DNA from: Megasphaera elsdenii DSM 20460
Lineage (GTDB): Bacteria > Bacillota > Negativicutes > Veillonellales > Megasphaeraceae
Assembly (NCBI RefSeq): GCF_003010495.1
Contig: NZ_CP027570.1
Location: 1,890,001 to 1,922,000, forward strand
DNA length: 32,000 bases
Reading direction: 5' to 3'
Below are positions 6,796 through 16,411 of the stretch, in pieces (positions within the stretch are counted from its first letter, which is position 1; each line of letters opens with the position of its first letter). The translations under genes were made by a program, and so were the position numbers. The notes beneath the pieces are model-generated. The model worked only from the letters and a program-made list of their open reading frames with translations. It was not told the DNA's origin and did no database searches.

Positions 6796-8307
6796 CTATT
6801 TCCCTTCGTAATAATACCGCGTCCACATGACGACTTCCGACAGGGACGGGTGAGGCGTCATGGTTTCGCTGAAGGTATAGACCGATTTGGGGTCGAGGGT
6901 CCGCGTCAGCGGTTTGGCCCGCAAGGCCTGGGCCGTAGGCGATGCAATGTCTTCATGGATCGGATGGATGACGTGGGTGCCGCTCATGAGGTTATTGATG
7001 AAAGGCTGGATGAGGATGGACGCTTCGGGGCCGATGATGTGGGCGCCGAGGATGAATTTCGTCTTCTTGTCGACGACCAGTTTGATGAAGCCGTCGTCTT
7101 CGTCACCCGGTTCATAGCCCATGGCGTAGCCTTTGGCCGATGATGAATAGTGGTTGATGGCCCGTTCGACGTCGTAGCCTTTCTTCAGGGCCTGGTCTTC
7201 CGTCAGGCCGACGTGAGCCGCTTCAGGATAGGTGTAGGTGACGGCCGGTACTGCATCGTAATCGGCCCAGCGCCATGTTTCCGGGGCGTTTCCGGAAAAG
7301 AGGTTGTGCGCCAGGATTTCCGCTTCGTAATTGGCCTTGTGGCGGAAGGGGGCCATGCCGTTGACGTCGCCCAGGGCCCAGATATTCTCAGCCGTCGTTT
7401 CCAGAAATTCGTTCGTTTCGATGTAGCCGCGCTTGTCCAGGCGGACGTCGGTATTTTCCAGGTGCAGCAGTTCCGTCATGGGCCGGATGCCCGGGGCGAC
7501 CAGGATTTCTTCAGCTGCCACTTCGCCTTCTTCGCCGGTCGTGCGGTCGCGGAAGGACAAGACCTTCAGGCCGTCGCGCTGGCTGACGGAAACCGTGTCT
7601 TTATTGAGGCGGATATCCATGCCGTAACGCTGGAACTGCTTGAGGATGAACGCCGATACAGCCGGGTCTTCCTTGGGTAAGAGGCGGACATTGTGCTGGA
7701 CCATAGTGACCTTGGTGCCAGCCGCATCGAAGACGTGGGCGAATTCACAGCCAATCGGGCCGCCGCCGATGATGATCAGGCTCTGGTAGGGCTTTTTCGG
7801 ATATGACGGGCCAAAGAACGATTCCGACGTCACATAGCCCGCTTCTGCCAGGCCCGGCAGGGCGGGGATATTCGTCCGGCCGCCAGTGGCGATGAGAACC
7901 TTGTCGCCCGTCAAGGTGGCGCTGGTGCCGTCATTCAAGGCGATGGCGACCGTGTGATTGTCGACGAAAGACGCCGTGCCGTTGAAGGTGTCGACGTTGG
8001 GGAACTGGTCATAATAACCTTGAATGGCCGGGCTTTCATCGATCTTTTCCCACAACCGCTTCGATAACATATCCCAGTCCAGGCGGACGTTGTCAGCCAA
8101 GACGCCGATGCGGCTCCCTTCGCGGATCTCGCGGATGCGGTTGGCCGCCGTGACCATGACCTTTGTCGGAATACAGCCGCGGTTCAGACAAGTCCCGCCG
8201 AACCGGCCCCGTTCAATGACAGCCACCTGCAAGCCCTGGGCCAGGGCCGCATCAGTCACAATGTTGGCTGCCCCCGTGCCGATGACAATGACATCATATT
8301 TCTTCAT
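6796..8307 (-). CDS. class I pyridine-nucleotide-disulfide oxidoreductase (dihydrolipoyl dehydrogenase / glutathione-reductase-like)
   Basis: ORF 6796..8661. I place the start at ATG 8307 (MKKYDVIVIGTGAAN, a GxGxxG FAD fold) behind AAAGGAG. The redox-active disulfide is GGTCLNRGCIPTK, the second dinucleotide fold is IIGGGPIGCEFA, and the C-terminal interface motif is HPSLSE. The upstream 118 codons of the ORF run through REP repeats and are not coding. Confidence 0.9.
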   Translation of the reverse strand: MKKYDVIVIGTGAANIVTDAALAQGLQVAVIERGRFGGTCLNRGCIPTKVMVTAANRIREIREGSRIGVLADNVRLDWDMLSKRLWEKIDESPAIQGYYDQFPNVDTFNGTASFVDNHTVAIALNDGTSATLTGDKVLIATGGRTNIPALPGLAEAGYVTSESFFGPSYPKKPYQSLIIIGGGPIGCEFAHVFDAAGTKVTMVQHNVRLLPKEDPAVSAFILKQFQRYGMDIRLNKDTVSVSQRDGLKVLSFRDRTTGEEGEVAAEEILVAPGIRPMTELLHLENTDVRLDKRGYIETNEFLETTAENIWALGDVNGMAPFRHKANYEAEILAHNLFSGNAPETWRWADYDAVPAVTYTYPEAAHVGLTEDQALKKGYDVERAINHYSSSAKGYAMGYEPGDEDDGFIKLVVDKKTKFILGAHIIGPEASILIQPFINNLMSGTHVIHPIHEDIASPTAQALRAKPLTRTLDPKSVYTFSETMTPHPSLSEVVMWTRYYYEGK

Positions 8308-8361
8308 AAGATAACGCTCCTTTATATGTAACAAAAATATTAAATACAACCTTTTTAGTAT

Positions 8362-8390
8362 AGTATAAGCGAAAGCGGCCTTTTTGACAA
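8362..8390 (-). promoter_or_regulatory. sigma-70-type promoter of the oxidoreductase gene
   Basis: The minus strand reads TTGTCA (8390-8385), 17 nt, TATACT (8367-8362). Confidence 0.65.
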
Positions 8391-8404
8391 GGCCGTATGA
8401 GATG

Positions 8405-8500
8405 ATAGCCACGAACCACGGACCACGAAAACCCCACAAGCGGGCCGCCTTTACAGGACGGCCCCTACAAATCACGAGCCACGAACCACGAGCCACGAAA
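8405..8500 (-). repeat. REP-like hairpin flanked on both sides by short heptamer arrays
   Basis: GCGGGCCGCC-TTTACA-GGACGGCCCCTAC lies at 8440-8468, with the hairpin identical to that of the 6687-6715 copy. CCACGAA/CCACGGA units lie at 8409-8430 and GCCACGA/ACCACGA units at 8471-8498. Confidence 0.85.
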
Positions 8501-8506
8501 ACCCCC

Positions 8507-8535
8507 TTTACACAACTGGCCGGGTATAGTATAAT
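8507..8535 (+). promoter_or_regulatory. rpsO promoter, followed by a leader of about 95 nt
   Basis: TTTACA (8507-8512), 17 nt, TATAAT (8530-8535). The leader contains GTCG...CGAC pairings and could be an S15 autoregulatory structure. That role is inference only. Confidence 0.6.
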
Positions 8536-8633
8536 AGCTATGTCGTACGGGTGCTCGGTGTCTCGATGACTCCGACGATCACTTAGCACTTTGCGAATAG
8601 ATTCAATTTTTTTACACATGGAGGAAAGATACA

Positions 8634-8900
8634 ATGTTAAGCGTAGAAGAAAAAAAAGCAATCGTAGCTAAATTTGGTGCCAATGAAAACGATACGGGTT
8701 CTCCGGAAGTACAGATCGCGCTCCTCACGAGCCGCATCATCTATTTGACGGAACATCTCCGCAGCCACAAAAAGGACCATGCATCCCGCCGCGGCTTGTT
8801 GAAACTCGTCGGCCAGCGCCGTAACTTGCTCGGTTACTTGCAGAAACACGATCTCGACCGTTATCGTGCTATTCTCGAAAAATTGAACTTGCGTAAATAA
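8634..8900 (+). CDS. rpsO: 30S ribosomal protein S15
   Basis: 88 aa: [63 protein letters not shown]. The RBS is GGAGGAAAG. The gene is followed by pnp. Confidence 0.97.
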   Translation: MLSVEEKKAIVAKFGANENDTGSPEVQIALLTSRIIYLTEHLRSHKKDHASRRGLLKLVGQRRNLLGYLQKHDLDRYRAILEKLNLRK

Positions 8901-8915
8901 TCTCGCATATTGTGG

Positions 8916-8951
8916 GGCTGATGCTGATGTGACTGCATCAGCCTCTTTTTT
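8916..8951 (+). terminator. rpsO terminator
   Basis: ggctgatgc (8916-8924) pairs with gcatcagcc (8935-8943) and is followed by tctttttt. Confidence 0.85.
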
Positions 8952-8956
8952 CAGGA

Positions 8957-9022
8957 CACAGGGTGGTAGGTTGTAGCCTGGGTATATCGCCGATGTTCCC
9001 GGACTAGTGCCTATCACCTGTG
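8957..9022 (+). promoter_or_regulatory. long imperfect stem-loop in the pnp 5' leader
   Basis: cacagggtggtagg (8957-8970) pairs with cctatcacctgtg (9010-9022). In E. coli, a leader hairpin cut by RNase III mediates PNPase autoregulation. An equivalent role here is inference. Confidence 0.5.
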
Positions 9023-9039
9023 AATTCAAGGAGGTAACA

Positions 9040-11193
9040 ATGGAAGAACAGAAATTCCAAATGGATTTCGCCGGCCGCCCGCTGGTAATTGAAGTCGGTA
9101 AACTGGCTAAGCAGGCCAGCGGTGCCGCATTGGTCCGTTATGGTGACACCGCCGTTTTCGTCACGGCTACGGGCTCGAAAGAAGCGCGTGAAGACGCAGA
9201 CTTTTTCCCGCTCACCGTCGATTATGAAGAAAAGATGTACTCCGTCGGCAAGATTCCCGGCGGCTTCATCAAACGCGAAGGCAAACCGCCTGAATCGGCA
9301 ACCCTTTTTGCCCGCCTCATCGACCGTCCGATCCGTCCGCTCTTCCCGAAGACATACCGTCATGACGTCCACGTCGTGGCTTATGATTTCTGCGTAGACC
9401 ATGACAACGCTCCGGAAATCGCCGCTATGATCGGTGCCTCCGTATCGCTGTGCATGTCCCACATTCCCTTTGCCGGCCCGATTGCCGGTGTCCGCGTCGG
9501 CCGCGTCGATGGCCAGTTCGTCATCAACCCGACCGTCGCCCAGAGCGAACAGAGCGATATGGACATCGTCGTCGCCGGTACGAAAGACGCCATCCTCATG
9601 GTTGAAGGCGGCGCTCACGAAATCCCGGAAGAACAGGTCCTGGATGCCATCATGTTCGCCCATGAAGAAATCAAGAAAGTCGTCGAATTCCAGCTCGGCT
9701 TCCTCGACAAGATTTCCGTACCGAAACAGGAATTCGTCGAAAAAGAACCGCCGGCAGATATCGTCGAAGCCGTCCATGCTTATGGCGAAGAAGCCATGAA
9801 GACGGCTATCTTCACGGCTGACAAAGTCGAACGCGAAGAAAAGATGGACGCTGTCGAAGCCGATATTTATGAACACTTTGCCGACATTTATCCGGACAAC
9901 GCCGATGATGTCGCTGAAATCACGCAGAAAATGATCAAGGAAATCGTCCGCCACATGATCGCCGTCGACAAGATCCGTCCTGACGGCCGCCGTGTCGACG
10001 AAGTCCGTCCGGTCAGCTGCGAAGTCGGTCTCTTTGCCCGCACTCACGGCACTGGCTTGTTCACCCGCGGCCAGACGCAGATTATGAGCTTCTGCACGTT
10101 GGCACCGCTGTCGGAATGCCAGCATATTGATGGCGTCGGCTTGGAAACGGATCGCCGCTACATGCACCACTATAATTTCCCGTCCTTCTGCGTCGGCGAA
10201 ACGAAGTCGTCCCGCGGTCCTGGCCGTCGTGAAATCGGCCACGGCAAATTGGCAGAACGCGCATTGACCCAGGTCATGCCCAGTGAAGAAGAATTCCCCT
10301 ACGCTATCCGCGTCGTATCGGAAGTCCTCGAATCGAATGGCTCCAGCTCCATGGGCAGTGTCTGCGGCAGCACCTTGGCCTTGATGGATGCAGGCGTACC
10401 AATCAAAGCGCCTGTTGCCGGCGTCGCCATGGGCTTGGTTACTAAAGGTGATGACTTCACCATCCTGACGGATATCCAGGGCATGGAAGATGCTTTGGGC
10501 GACATGGACTTTAAAGTCGCCGGCACTATGAAAGGTGTCACGGCTATCCAGATGGATATCAAGATCAAAGGCCTCAGCCGTGAAATCCTGGCCCAGGCTT
10601 TGAAACAGGCCCACGAAGGCCGCATGCACATCATGGGCAAGATGCTGCAGGTCATCAACGAACCGCGAAAGGAGCTCTCTCCGTATGCTCCGCGCATCAT
10701 CTCCATGCACATCAAGCCGGATAAGATCCGCGACGTCATCGGGCCGGGCGGCAAGATGATCAAACAGATTACCGAAGAAACAGGCGCTAAGATCGACATC
10801 GACGATTCGGGCCTGGTATACATTGCCGCTGTCGACGGCGAAAGCGGCCAGAAAGCCAAAGAATGGATTGAAAAACTGACGGAAGACGTTGAAGTCGGCA
10901 AGACCTACGTCGGCAAAGTCACGCGCATCATGAACTTCGGCGCCTTCGTCGAAGTCCTGCCGGGCAAAGAAGGGCTGGTCCACATTTCCCAGCTGGCCAA
11001 GGAACGCGTCGAAAAAGTCGAAGACGTCGTCCACGTCGGCGATGAAATCATGGTCAAATGCGTCGAAATCGACAGCCAGGGCCGGGTCAACTTGTCCCGC
11101 AAAGCCCTCTTGGGTGGCGGCGACGAAGGCCCGTCCCATCGCAGCCGGGGTCCCCGCGGCGGTCATAACAGCCACGACCGCCAGAAACGGTAA
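9040..11193 (+). CDS. pnp: polyribonucleotide nucleotidyltransferase (PNPase)
   Basis: I place the start at ATG 9040 ([29 protein letters not shown]) behind AAGGAGG. It has two RNase PH-like halves, a KH region ([21 protein letters not shown]) and an S1 region ([21 protein letters not shown]). Confidence 0.97.
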   Translation: MEEQKFQMDFAGRPLVIEVGKLAKQASGAALVRYGDTAVFVTATGSKEAREDADFFPLTVDYEEKMYSVGKIPGGFIKREGKPPESATLFARLIDRPIRPLFPKTYRHDVHVVAYDFCVDHDNAPEIAAMIGASVSLCMSHIPFAGPIAGVRVGRVDGQFVINPTVAQSEQSDMDIVVAGTKDAILMVEGGAHEIPEEQVLDAIMFAHEEIKKVVEFQLGFLDKISVPKQEFVEKEPPADIVEAVHAYGEEAMKTAIFTADKVEREEKMDAVEADIYEHFADIYPDNADDVAEITQKMIKEIVRHMIAVDKIRPDGRRVDEVRPVSCEVGLFARTHGTGLFTRGQTQIMSFCTLAPLSECQHIDGVGLETDRRYMHHYNFPSFCVGETKSSRGPGRREIGHGKLAERALTQVMPSEEEFPYAIRVVSEVLESNGSSSMGSVCGSTLALMDAGVPIKAPVAGVAMGLVTKGDDFTILTDIQGMEDALGDMDFKVAGTMKGVTAIQMDIKIKGLSREILAQALKQAHEGRMHIMGKMLQVINEPRKELSPYAPRIISMHIKPDKIRDVIGPGGKMIKQITEETGAKIDIDDSGLVYIAAVDGESGQKAKEWIEKLTEDVEVGKTYVGKVTRIMNFGAFVEVLPGKEGLVHISQLAKERVEKVEDVVHVGDEIMVKCVEIDSQGRVNLSRKALLGGGDEGPSHRSRGPRGGHNSHDRQKR

Positions 11194-11198
11194 GGCTT

Positions 11199-11645
11199 AT
11201 GGCAGGCAGAGGATTTGAAATCATCACGGCCTATGAAGGCTGTGACATCCATCTTCCCGTCCGCAAGACGGCCAAGAGTGCTGGCTACGATTTGGAAGCG
11301 GCAGAAACGACGGTCCTGGCACCGCATGCCGTCACCGTCGTGCCGACAGGATTGAAAGCCTTTATGGAAGACGATGAATATTTATCTATCTTCATCCGCT
11401 CCAGCCTGGCTTTCAAGAAAGGCCTTATGCTGGCCAACAGCACGGGCATCGTCGACAGCGATTACTATAACAATGCCGACAATGAAGGGCACATCATGAT
11501 TGCCTATTATAATACGAACGATCAGGCCTACACCTTGGAAAAGGGCGAACGCATCGGCCAGGGCATCTTCATGAAGTACCTGACCGTCAACGACGACGCT
11601 GCCAGCGGTATCCGCACGGGCGGTATCGGCAGCACGGGAAAGTAA
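11199..11645 (+). CDS. dut: dUTP diphosphatase
   Basis: 148 aa with SAGYDL, GLMLANSTGIVDSDY and GERIGQG motifs, typical of trimeric dUTPases. Confidence 0.92.
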   Translation: MAGRGFEIITAYEGCDIHLPVRKTAKSAGYDLEAAETTVLAPHAVTVVPTGLKAFMEDDEYLSIFIRSSLAFKKGLMLANSTGIVDSDYYNNADNEGHIMIAYYNTNDQAYTLEKGERIGQGIFMKYLTVNDDAASGIRTGGIGSTGK

Positions 11646-11768
11646 AAAGTGAAAATGAGATAATATACCTATCTGGAGGGTTTTGCCTCCCCTGATAGGG
11701 GAGGTGGCCCAACGGGCCGGAAGGGTTGCACTGAAAAAAACAACCTCTCAGCCAGCCTGCGGCTGCCA

Positions 11769-11795
11769 GCTCCCCTATTAGGGGAGCCTTTTTTT
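11769..11795 (+). terminator. terminator closing a highly structured dut-nudix spacer
   Basis: gctcccct-att-aggggagc (11769-11787) is followed by T7 (11789-11795). A near-twin hairpin cctcccct-gat-aggggagg lies at 11686-11704. Confidence 0.8.
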
Positions 11796-11801
11796 GAAAG
11801 G

Positions 11802-12374
11802 ATGATGAATCAAGTGAGTATCAGCAAGGAAACACTCGTTTCTCGTAAAGAAATCATGAAGGGCCGGGTCCTCCACGTTACGGTCGATACCGTTTCCATC
11901 GACGACGGCCAGGGCGGCGAAAAGAAGACGGCCACGCGCGAAGCGGTCTGGCATTTCGGCGCCTGCGCCATCCTGCCGCTGACCGATGACGGCAAGATCA
12001 TCCTCGTCCGCCAGTACCGTTACGCAGCGGCTCAGGCCATGCTGGAAGTGCCGGCCGGGAAGATCGAACACGACGGCGAATCACCCGATTACTGCGCGGC
12101 CCGGGAACTGGAAGAAGAAGCCGGCGTCACGGCTTCGGAAATCCTGCCCTTAGGCTATACGTATACGTCGCCGGGCTTCTGCAGTGAACGGATTTATCTC
12201 TATCTGGCCCGAGGGCTCCAGAAAGGGAAGCAGCACCTCGATGATGACGAGTTCATGAACATCGAATACTATACGCCCAAGGAAATGGAAGACCTCATCG
12301 ACCAGAACGAAATCACCGATGCCAAGACCATCGCAGCCTTTGAAAAAGCCCGCAAATATCTGCCGGGATTATAA
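11802..12374 (+). CDS. Nudix hydrolase, ADP-ribose pyrophosphatase-like
   Basis: The Nudix box is GKIEHDGESPDYCAARELEEEAG. The start is ambiguous (ATG 11802 or 11805, or GTG 11814) because the AAAGGA SD abuts 11802. Confidence 0.85.
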   Translation: MMNQVSISKETLVSRKEIMKGRVLHVTVDTVSIDDGQGGEKKTATREAVWHFGACAILPLTDDGKIILVRQYRYAAAQAMLEVPAGKIEHDGESPDYCAARELEEEAGVTASEILPLGYTYTSPGFCSERIYLYLARGLQKGKQHLDDDEFMNIEYYTPKEMEDLIDQNEITDAKTIAAFEKARKYLPGL

Positions 12375-12386
12375 GGAGGGAATTTT

Positions 12387-13559
12387 ATGAAATTCAATCG
12401 TATCATCGTTATCGTCACGGACAGCGTCGGCGCCGGCGCTGCACCGGACGCTGAAAAATTTGGCGACAAAGGAGCCGATACGTACGGCCACATCGATGCC
12501 AATGTACCTTTGAGCGTGCCCAATCTGCGCCGTCTGGGCTTGGGCCGCGTGGCTCATATCCATGCCGAAGCAACAGACGTCATCGGCTCATATGGCCTCA
12601 TGCAGGAAATCTCGGCCGGCAAGGATACGACCAGCGGCCATTGGGAATTCATGGGCAACCCCGTAGAAAATCCCTTCCCGACGTTTCCCGACGCCTTCCC
12701 GCCGGATTTGTTGAAAGCCTTTACGGAAAAGACGGGCTACGGCTACATCGGCAACGAAATCGCGTCGGGTACGGAAATCATCGAACGCCTGGGGCCGGAA
12801 CACTTCCGGACGGGCCTGCCCATCGTCTATACGTCGGCAGACAGCGTTTTCCAGATTGCCGCTCACAACGATGTCATTCCCTTGGAAGAATTGTACCGCA
12901 TCTGCGACATTACGCGCCGCGAAGTCTGCGTCGGCCCTTATGAAGTAGGGCGCATCATCGCCCGGCCTTTCGTCGGGACCCAGGGCCACTTCGTCCGCAC
13001 CGGCGACCGCCGCGACTACAGCCGGCTGCCCAAGCGGAAAATGGTCTTTTCCTACTTGTCCGAAGCGGGCTATGCCGTCGTCGGCGTCGGCAAGATCGGC
13101 GACATCTATGCCCATATCGGCCTGACCGAATCGTACCATACGGCCAATAACCATGAAGACATGGAAGCCTTGCGGACTCAGCTGGCAGTCCATCGGAAGG
13201 ATAAGGGCCTGCTCATGGCCAACTTCGTCGACTTTGACAGCATGTACGGCCACCGCCGCAACGTCAAAGGCTATGCGGACTGCCTGGAAGCTTTTGACCA
13301 GGAACTGGGCCAGCTCTTGACAGAAATCCATGACGACGAACTGCTGGTCATCACGTCGGACCACGGCAACGACCCGACATGGCATGGCACAGACCATACG
13401 CGTGAACGGGTACCGCTCCTGGTCTACAGCCCGGCTCTGAAGGCTTCTGTCGACTTGGGTATCCGCCAGACCTATGCCGATTTGGGCATGACGATCATGG
13501 ATAATTTTGGACTGACAGGCCTTGAATTCGGTACCAGCTTTTTATCAGAACTGAGGTGA
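12387..13559 (+). CDS. deoB: phosphopentomutase
   Basis: MKFNRIIVIVTDSVGAGAAPDAEKFGDKGADTYGHI, plus SDHGNDPT near the C-terminus. The RBS is AAGGAGGG. Confidence 0.95.
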   Translation: MKFNRIIVIVTDSVGAGAAPDAEKFGDKGADTYGHIDANVPLSVPNLRRLGLGRVAHIHAEATDVIGSYGLMQEISAGKDTTSGHWEFMGNPVENPFPTFPDAFPPDLLKAFTEKTGYGYIGNEIASGTEIIERLGPEHFRTGLPIVYTSADSVFQIAAHNDVIPLEELYRICDITRREVCVGPYEVGRIIARPFVGTQGHFVRTGDRRDYSRLPKRKMVFSYLSEAGYAVVGVGKIGDIYAHIGLTESYHTANNHEDMEALRTQLAVHRKDKGLLMANFVDFDSMYGHRRNVKGYADCLEAFDQELGQLLTEIHDDELLVITSDHGNDPTWHGTDHTRERVPLLVYSPALKASVDLGIRQTYADLGMTIMDNFGLTGLEFGTSFLSELR

Positions 13560-13563
13560 TCCT

Positions 13564-14868
13564 ATGTGGCCCATCGACTGCATCGAACACAAGCGGGACG
13601 GCAAAGTCCTGACTAAAGAGGAAATTACGCGCTTCATCGACGATTATACGGCCGGCCGCATCGCTGACTATCAGGCCGCAGCCTGGCTCATGGCCATCTA
13701 TTTCCAGGGCATGACCTATGAAGAAACGAAGGAACTGACCCTGGCTATGGCTCATTCCGGCGATATGGTCGATTTGTCGTCCATTCCGGGCATCAAAGTC
13801 GACAAGCACAGCACCGGCGGCATTGCCGATACGACGACGCTCATCGTGGCGCCGTTGGTAGCGGCAGCCGGCGTCCCCGTGGCCAAGATGAGCGGCCGCG
13901 GCCTGGGATTTACCGGCGGTACGGCGGATAAACTGGAATCCATCCCCGGCTTCCACGTTGTCCTGCCGGAAGAAACCTTCCTGGAACAGGTGCGCCGCAT
14001 CGGCTTGTCCCTCATCACCCAGTCCGGCGAAATCGCGCCGGCGGATAAACTGCTCTATGCCCTGCGCGACGCGACGGCGACCGTTGAGAGCATCCCCCTC
14101 ATTGCCAGCTCGATCATGAGCAAGAAAATCGCTTCCGGTGCCGACGCCATCGTCCTCGATGTCAAGTACGGTGACGGCGCCTTCATGAAGACCAAAGAAC
14201 GGGCGCGGGAACTGGCTAAGACCATGGTCGGTATCGGCAATCTCGCCGGCCGGCCGACGCGGGCTGTCGTCACCTCCATGGAAGCGCCTCTCGGCACGGC
14301 CATCGGCAACTGCCTGGAAGTCGATGAAGCCGTCGAAGCCCTCTCCGGTAAAGGCGGCCGCCGCCTGATGGAAGTCGTCGAAGCCATCGGCGCCCAGATG
14401 CTCCTCGTCGGCGGCAAAGTAAGAGACGAAGGGGAAGGGCGGGCCCTGATTCGGGACCTCGTCGCGTCCGGCAAAGGCCTGGCGAAATTCAGAGAATTCG
14501 TCAAAGCCCAGGGCGGCAGCACATCGTGGATTGGCAAGCGGCCCCTCACCAAGGCACCCCAAGTCTTTACGGCGGTCTGCACCGATGAAGGCTACATCAC
14601 GCGCATCGACGGCCGGGCCCTCGGTGAAATTGCCATGGCCATGGGCGCCGGCCGGGCCCGCAAAGAAGACAAAATCGACCCGATGGTCGGCATCCGCCTG
14701 TTCAAGGAACTCTACGACCCGGTCCGTCCTGGCGAAGCCTTGTTCACCCTGTACGGCAAGGAAGGCGCCGATATGATGGCCCTGGCCCAGCAGGTCGCCG
14801 ACCACATCATCGTCACGCCCGACCAGGCAGACACCATCGAACCCGTCGTCAGTGAAGTGATAGTATAA
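13564..14868 (+). CDS. pdp: pyrimidine-nucleoside (thymidine) phosphorylase
   Basis: Motifs KHSTGGIADTTTLIVAPLVAAAGVPVAKMSGRGLGFTGGTADKLESIPGF. The RBS is GAGGTGA. Confidence 0.95.
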   Translation: MWPIDCIEHKRDGKVLTKEEITRFIDDYTAGRIADYQAAAWLMAIYFQGMTYEETKELTLAMAHSGDMVDLSSIPGIKVDKHSTGGIADTTTLIVAPLVAAAGVPVAKMSGRGLGFTGGTADKLESIPGFHVVLPEETFLEQVRRIGLSLITQSGEIAPADKLLYALRDATATVESIPLIASSIMSKKIASGADAIVLDVKYGDGAFMKTKERARELAKTMVGIGNLAGRPTRAVVTSMEAPLGTAIGNCLEVDEAVEALSGKGGRRLMEVVEAIGAQMLLVGGKVRDEGEGRALIRDLVASGKGLAKFREFVKAQGGSTSWIGKRPLTKAPQVFTAVCTDEGYITRIDGRALGEIAMAMGAGRARKEDKIDPMVGIRLFKELYDPVRPGEALFTLYGKEGADMMALAQQVADHIIVTPDQADTIEPVVSEVIV

Positions 14869-14869
14869 A

Positions 14870-14920
14870 GTTTGTAGTTTGTAGTTTACAGTGTAGGGGC
14901 GCCCATGCGGGGCGCCCGCC
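14870..14920 (+). repeat. REP-like GTAG hairpin preceded by three GTTTGTA-type heptamers
   Basis: GTTTGTA GTTTGTA GTTTACA (14870-14890) is followed by GTGTAGG. The GTAG is at 14893-14896 and the hairpin GGGGCGCCC-ATGC-GGGGCGCCC runs to 14920. Confidence 0.8.
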
Positions 14921-14927
14921 TGAAAGG

Positions 14928-16319
14928 ATGTCCATGAAAGAATTACGCCATATCCCCGTCCAGAAGGGGAAAACCTATGACATATCCATTGCCCGCCTGG
15001 GTACCAGTGGCGAAGGCGTCGGCCGTTACGAAGGCTTTACGATCTTCGTGCCCTTCGCCTTGCCAGGCGAACAGGTCCGGGCCCGCATTACCCTGGTGAA
15101 GAAAAATTATGCCACAGCGGCTTTAGTCGAGGTCTTGAAGCCTTCGCCGGACCGGATTCAGCCCCAGTGTCCCGTCTACGACCGTTGCGGCGGCTGTCAA
15201 CTCCAGCACCTCAGTTATGAAGGAGAATTGAAGGAAAAGCGCCAGCAAGTCCGGGATGCCCTGGAACGCATCGGTCACTTGCAACATATCGATGTCTTGC
15301 CGACTTTAGGCGCTAACACGCCTTGGCATTACCGCAACAAGATGCAGTTTCCCGTCGCCGCTGCCGGAAAGGGGAAAGTCGCCATCGGCTGTTTTGCTGC
15401 GGCTACGCACGAAGTCATCGACGTGACGGACTGCGCCATCCAGAAAGAAGGCAACAACGCCATCGTCGCCGTCGTCCGCCAGTGGATGAAGGACTTCAAG
15501 ATTCCCGCCTATGACGAAGACGCCCGGACGGGCATCGTCCGCCACATCATGGGCCGCGTCGGCGTCCATACCGGCGAAATCATGGTCTGCCTGATCACGG
15601 CCTGCGATATGGTGCCACACATGAAAGATTTGGTCCAGCGCCTGCGCCGGGATATCCCTGGTCTGACCAGCGTCGTCCAGAACGTCAACAAGCGCCATAC
15701 TAACGTCATCTTAGGGCCCAAAACGAAGACCGTCTACGGCAAAGGGACCATCCACGACTCCATCGGCCCTTTGACCTTCCACATTTCAGCGCAGTCCTTC
15801 TTCCAGGTCAACAGCGAACAGGCCCAGCGCCTCTATGAAACGGCCCTCGATTTCGCCGACCTCAAAGGCGGGGAAACCGTGGCCGATGTCTACTGCGGCA
15901 CCGGGACCATCACCCTGTTCCTGGCCCAGAAAGCCAAACAAGTCTACGGCATCGAAATCGTCGCCCCGGCTATTCGTGACGCCGTTCGCAATGCCAAAGA
16001 CAACCACGTCGGCAACGCCCAGTTCATCTTAGGCGATGCTATCTATAAATTGCCGGAACTCATCAAAAACGGCATCCGTCCCGACGTCATCGTCCTCGAC
16101 CCGCCCCGGGCCGGCTGCGGTGAACCCGTCCTCAAAGCCATCGCCCAGAGCAAACCCAAACGCGTCGTCTACGTCTCCTGCAATCCGGCCACCCTGGCCC
16201 GCGACCTGGCCTACCTGGACCAGCACGGCTACCATACCGCTAAAGTACAGCCTGTAGACATGTTCCCGCGGACCCACCATGTTGAGTCAGTAGCATTGAT
16301 GTCAAGAGAAGAAAAATAG
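14928..16319 (+). CDS. rlmD: 23S rRNA (uracil-5-)-methyltransferase, RumA/RlmD family
   Basis: It has an N-terminal TRAM-like region, the Fe-S cysteines CPVYDRCGGCQLQH, the SAM fold DVYCGTGTITL and DPPRAGC, and a C-terminal VDMFPRTHHVESV. The start could also be ATG 14934. Confidence 0.92.
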   Translation: MSMKELRHIPVQKGKTYDISIARLGTSGEGVGRYEGFTIFVPFALPGEQVRARITLVKKNYATAALVEVLKPSPDRIQPQCPVYDRCGGCQLQHLSYEGELKEKRQQVRDALERIGHLQHIDVLPTLGANTPWHYRNKMQFPVAAAGKGKVAIGCFAAATHEVIDVTDCAIQKEGNNAIVAVVRQWMKDFKIPAYDEDARTGIVRHIMGRVGVHTGEIMVCLITACDMVPHMKDLVQRLRRDIPGLTSVVQNVNKRHTNVILGPKTKTVYGKGTIHDSIGPLTFHISAQSFFQVNSEQAQRLYETALDFADLKGGETVADVYCGTGTITLFLAQKAKQVYGIEIVAPAIRDAVRNAKDNHVGNAQFILGDAIYKLPELIKNGIRPDVIVLDPPRAGCGEPVLKAIAQSKPKRVVYVSCNPATLARDLAYLDQHGYHTAKVQPVDMFPRTHHVESVALMSREEK

Positions 16320-16327
16320 GCGAAAAT

Positions 16328-16348
16328 CCCGTATTTACGGGCTTTTTC
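16328..16348 (+). terminator. rlmD terminator
   Basis: cccgta-tt-tacggg is followed by ctttttc. Confidence 0.75.
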
Positions 16349-16411
16349 GGATATTGATTATTTAGGTCCATATTTGTAAAATGGCCTGTAAAACTGTGTT
16401 TTTAGCACACC

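Noticed and set aside
6796-8661. The full 621-aa version of the oxidoreductase ORF, which overlaps the rpsO start.
   Set aside because: The first 118 codons run through the promoter, REP hairpin and heptamers (translation ...VARGSWLV...). A canonical start (AAAGGAG-N7-ATG, then MKKYDVIVIGTG) is at 8307.
9004-11175. A 723-aa ORF antisense to pnp. Similar long antisense ORFs are 3550..4290, 4585..5208, 12588..13397, 13495..14805 and 28003..28911.
   Set aside because: These are typical stop-poor antisense frames of GC-rich genes. Their composition is low-complexity (Asp/Ala/Gly/Arg-rich), they lack RBSs, and the sense-strand proteins carry unambiguous family motifs.
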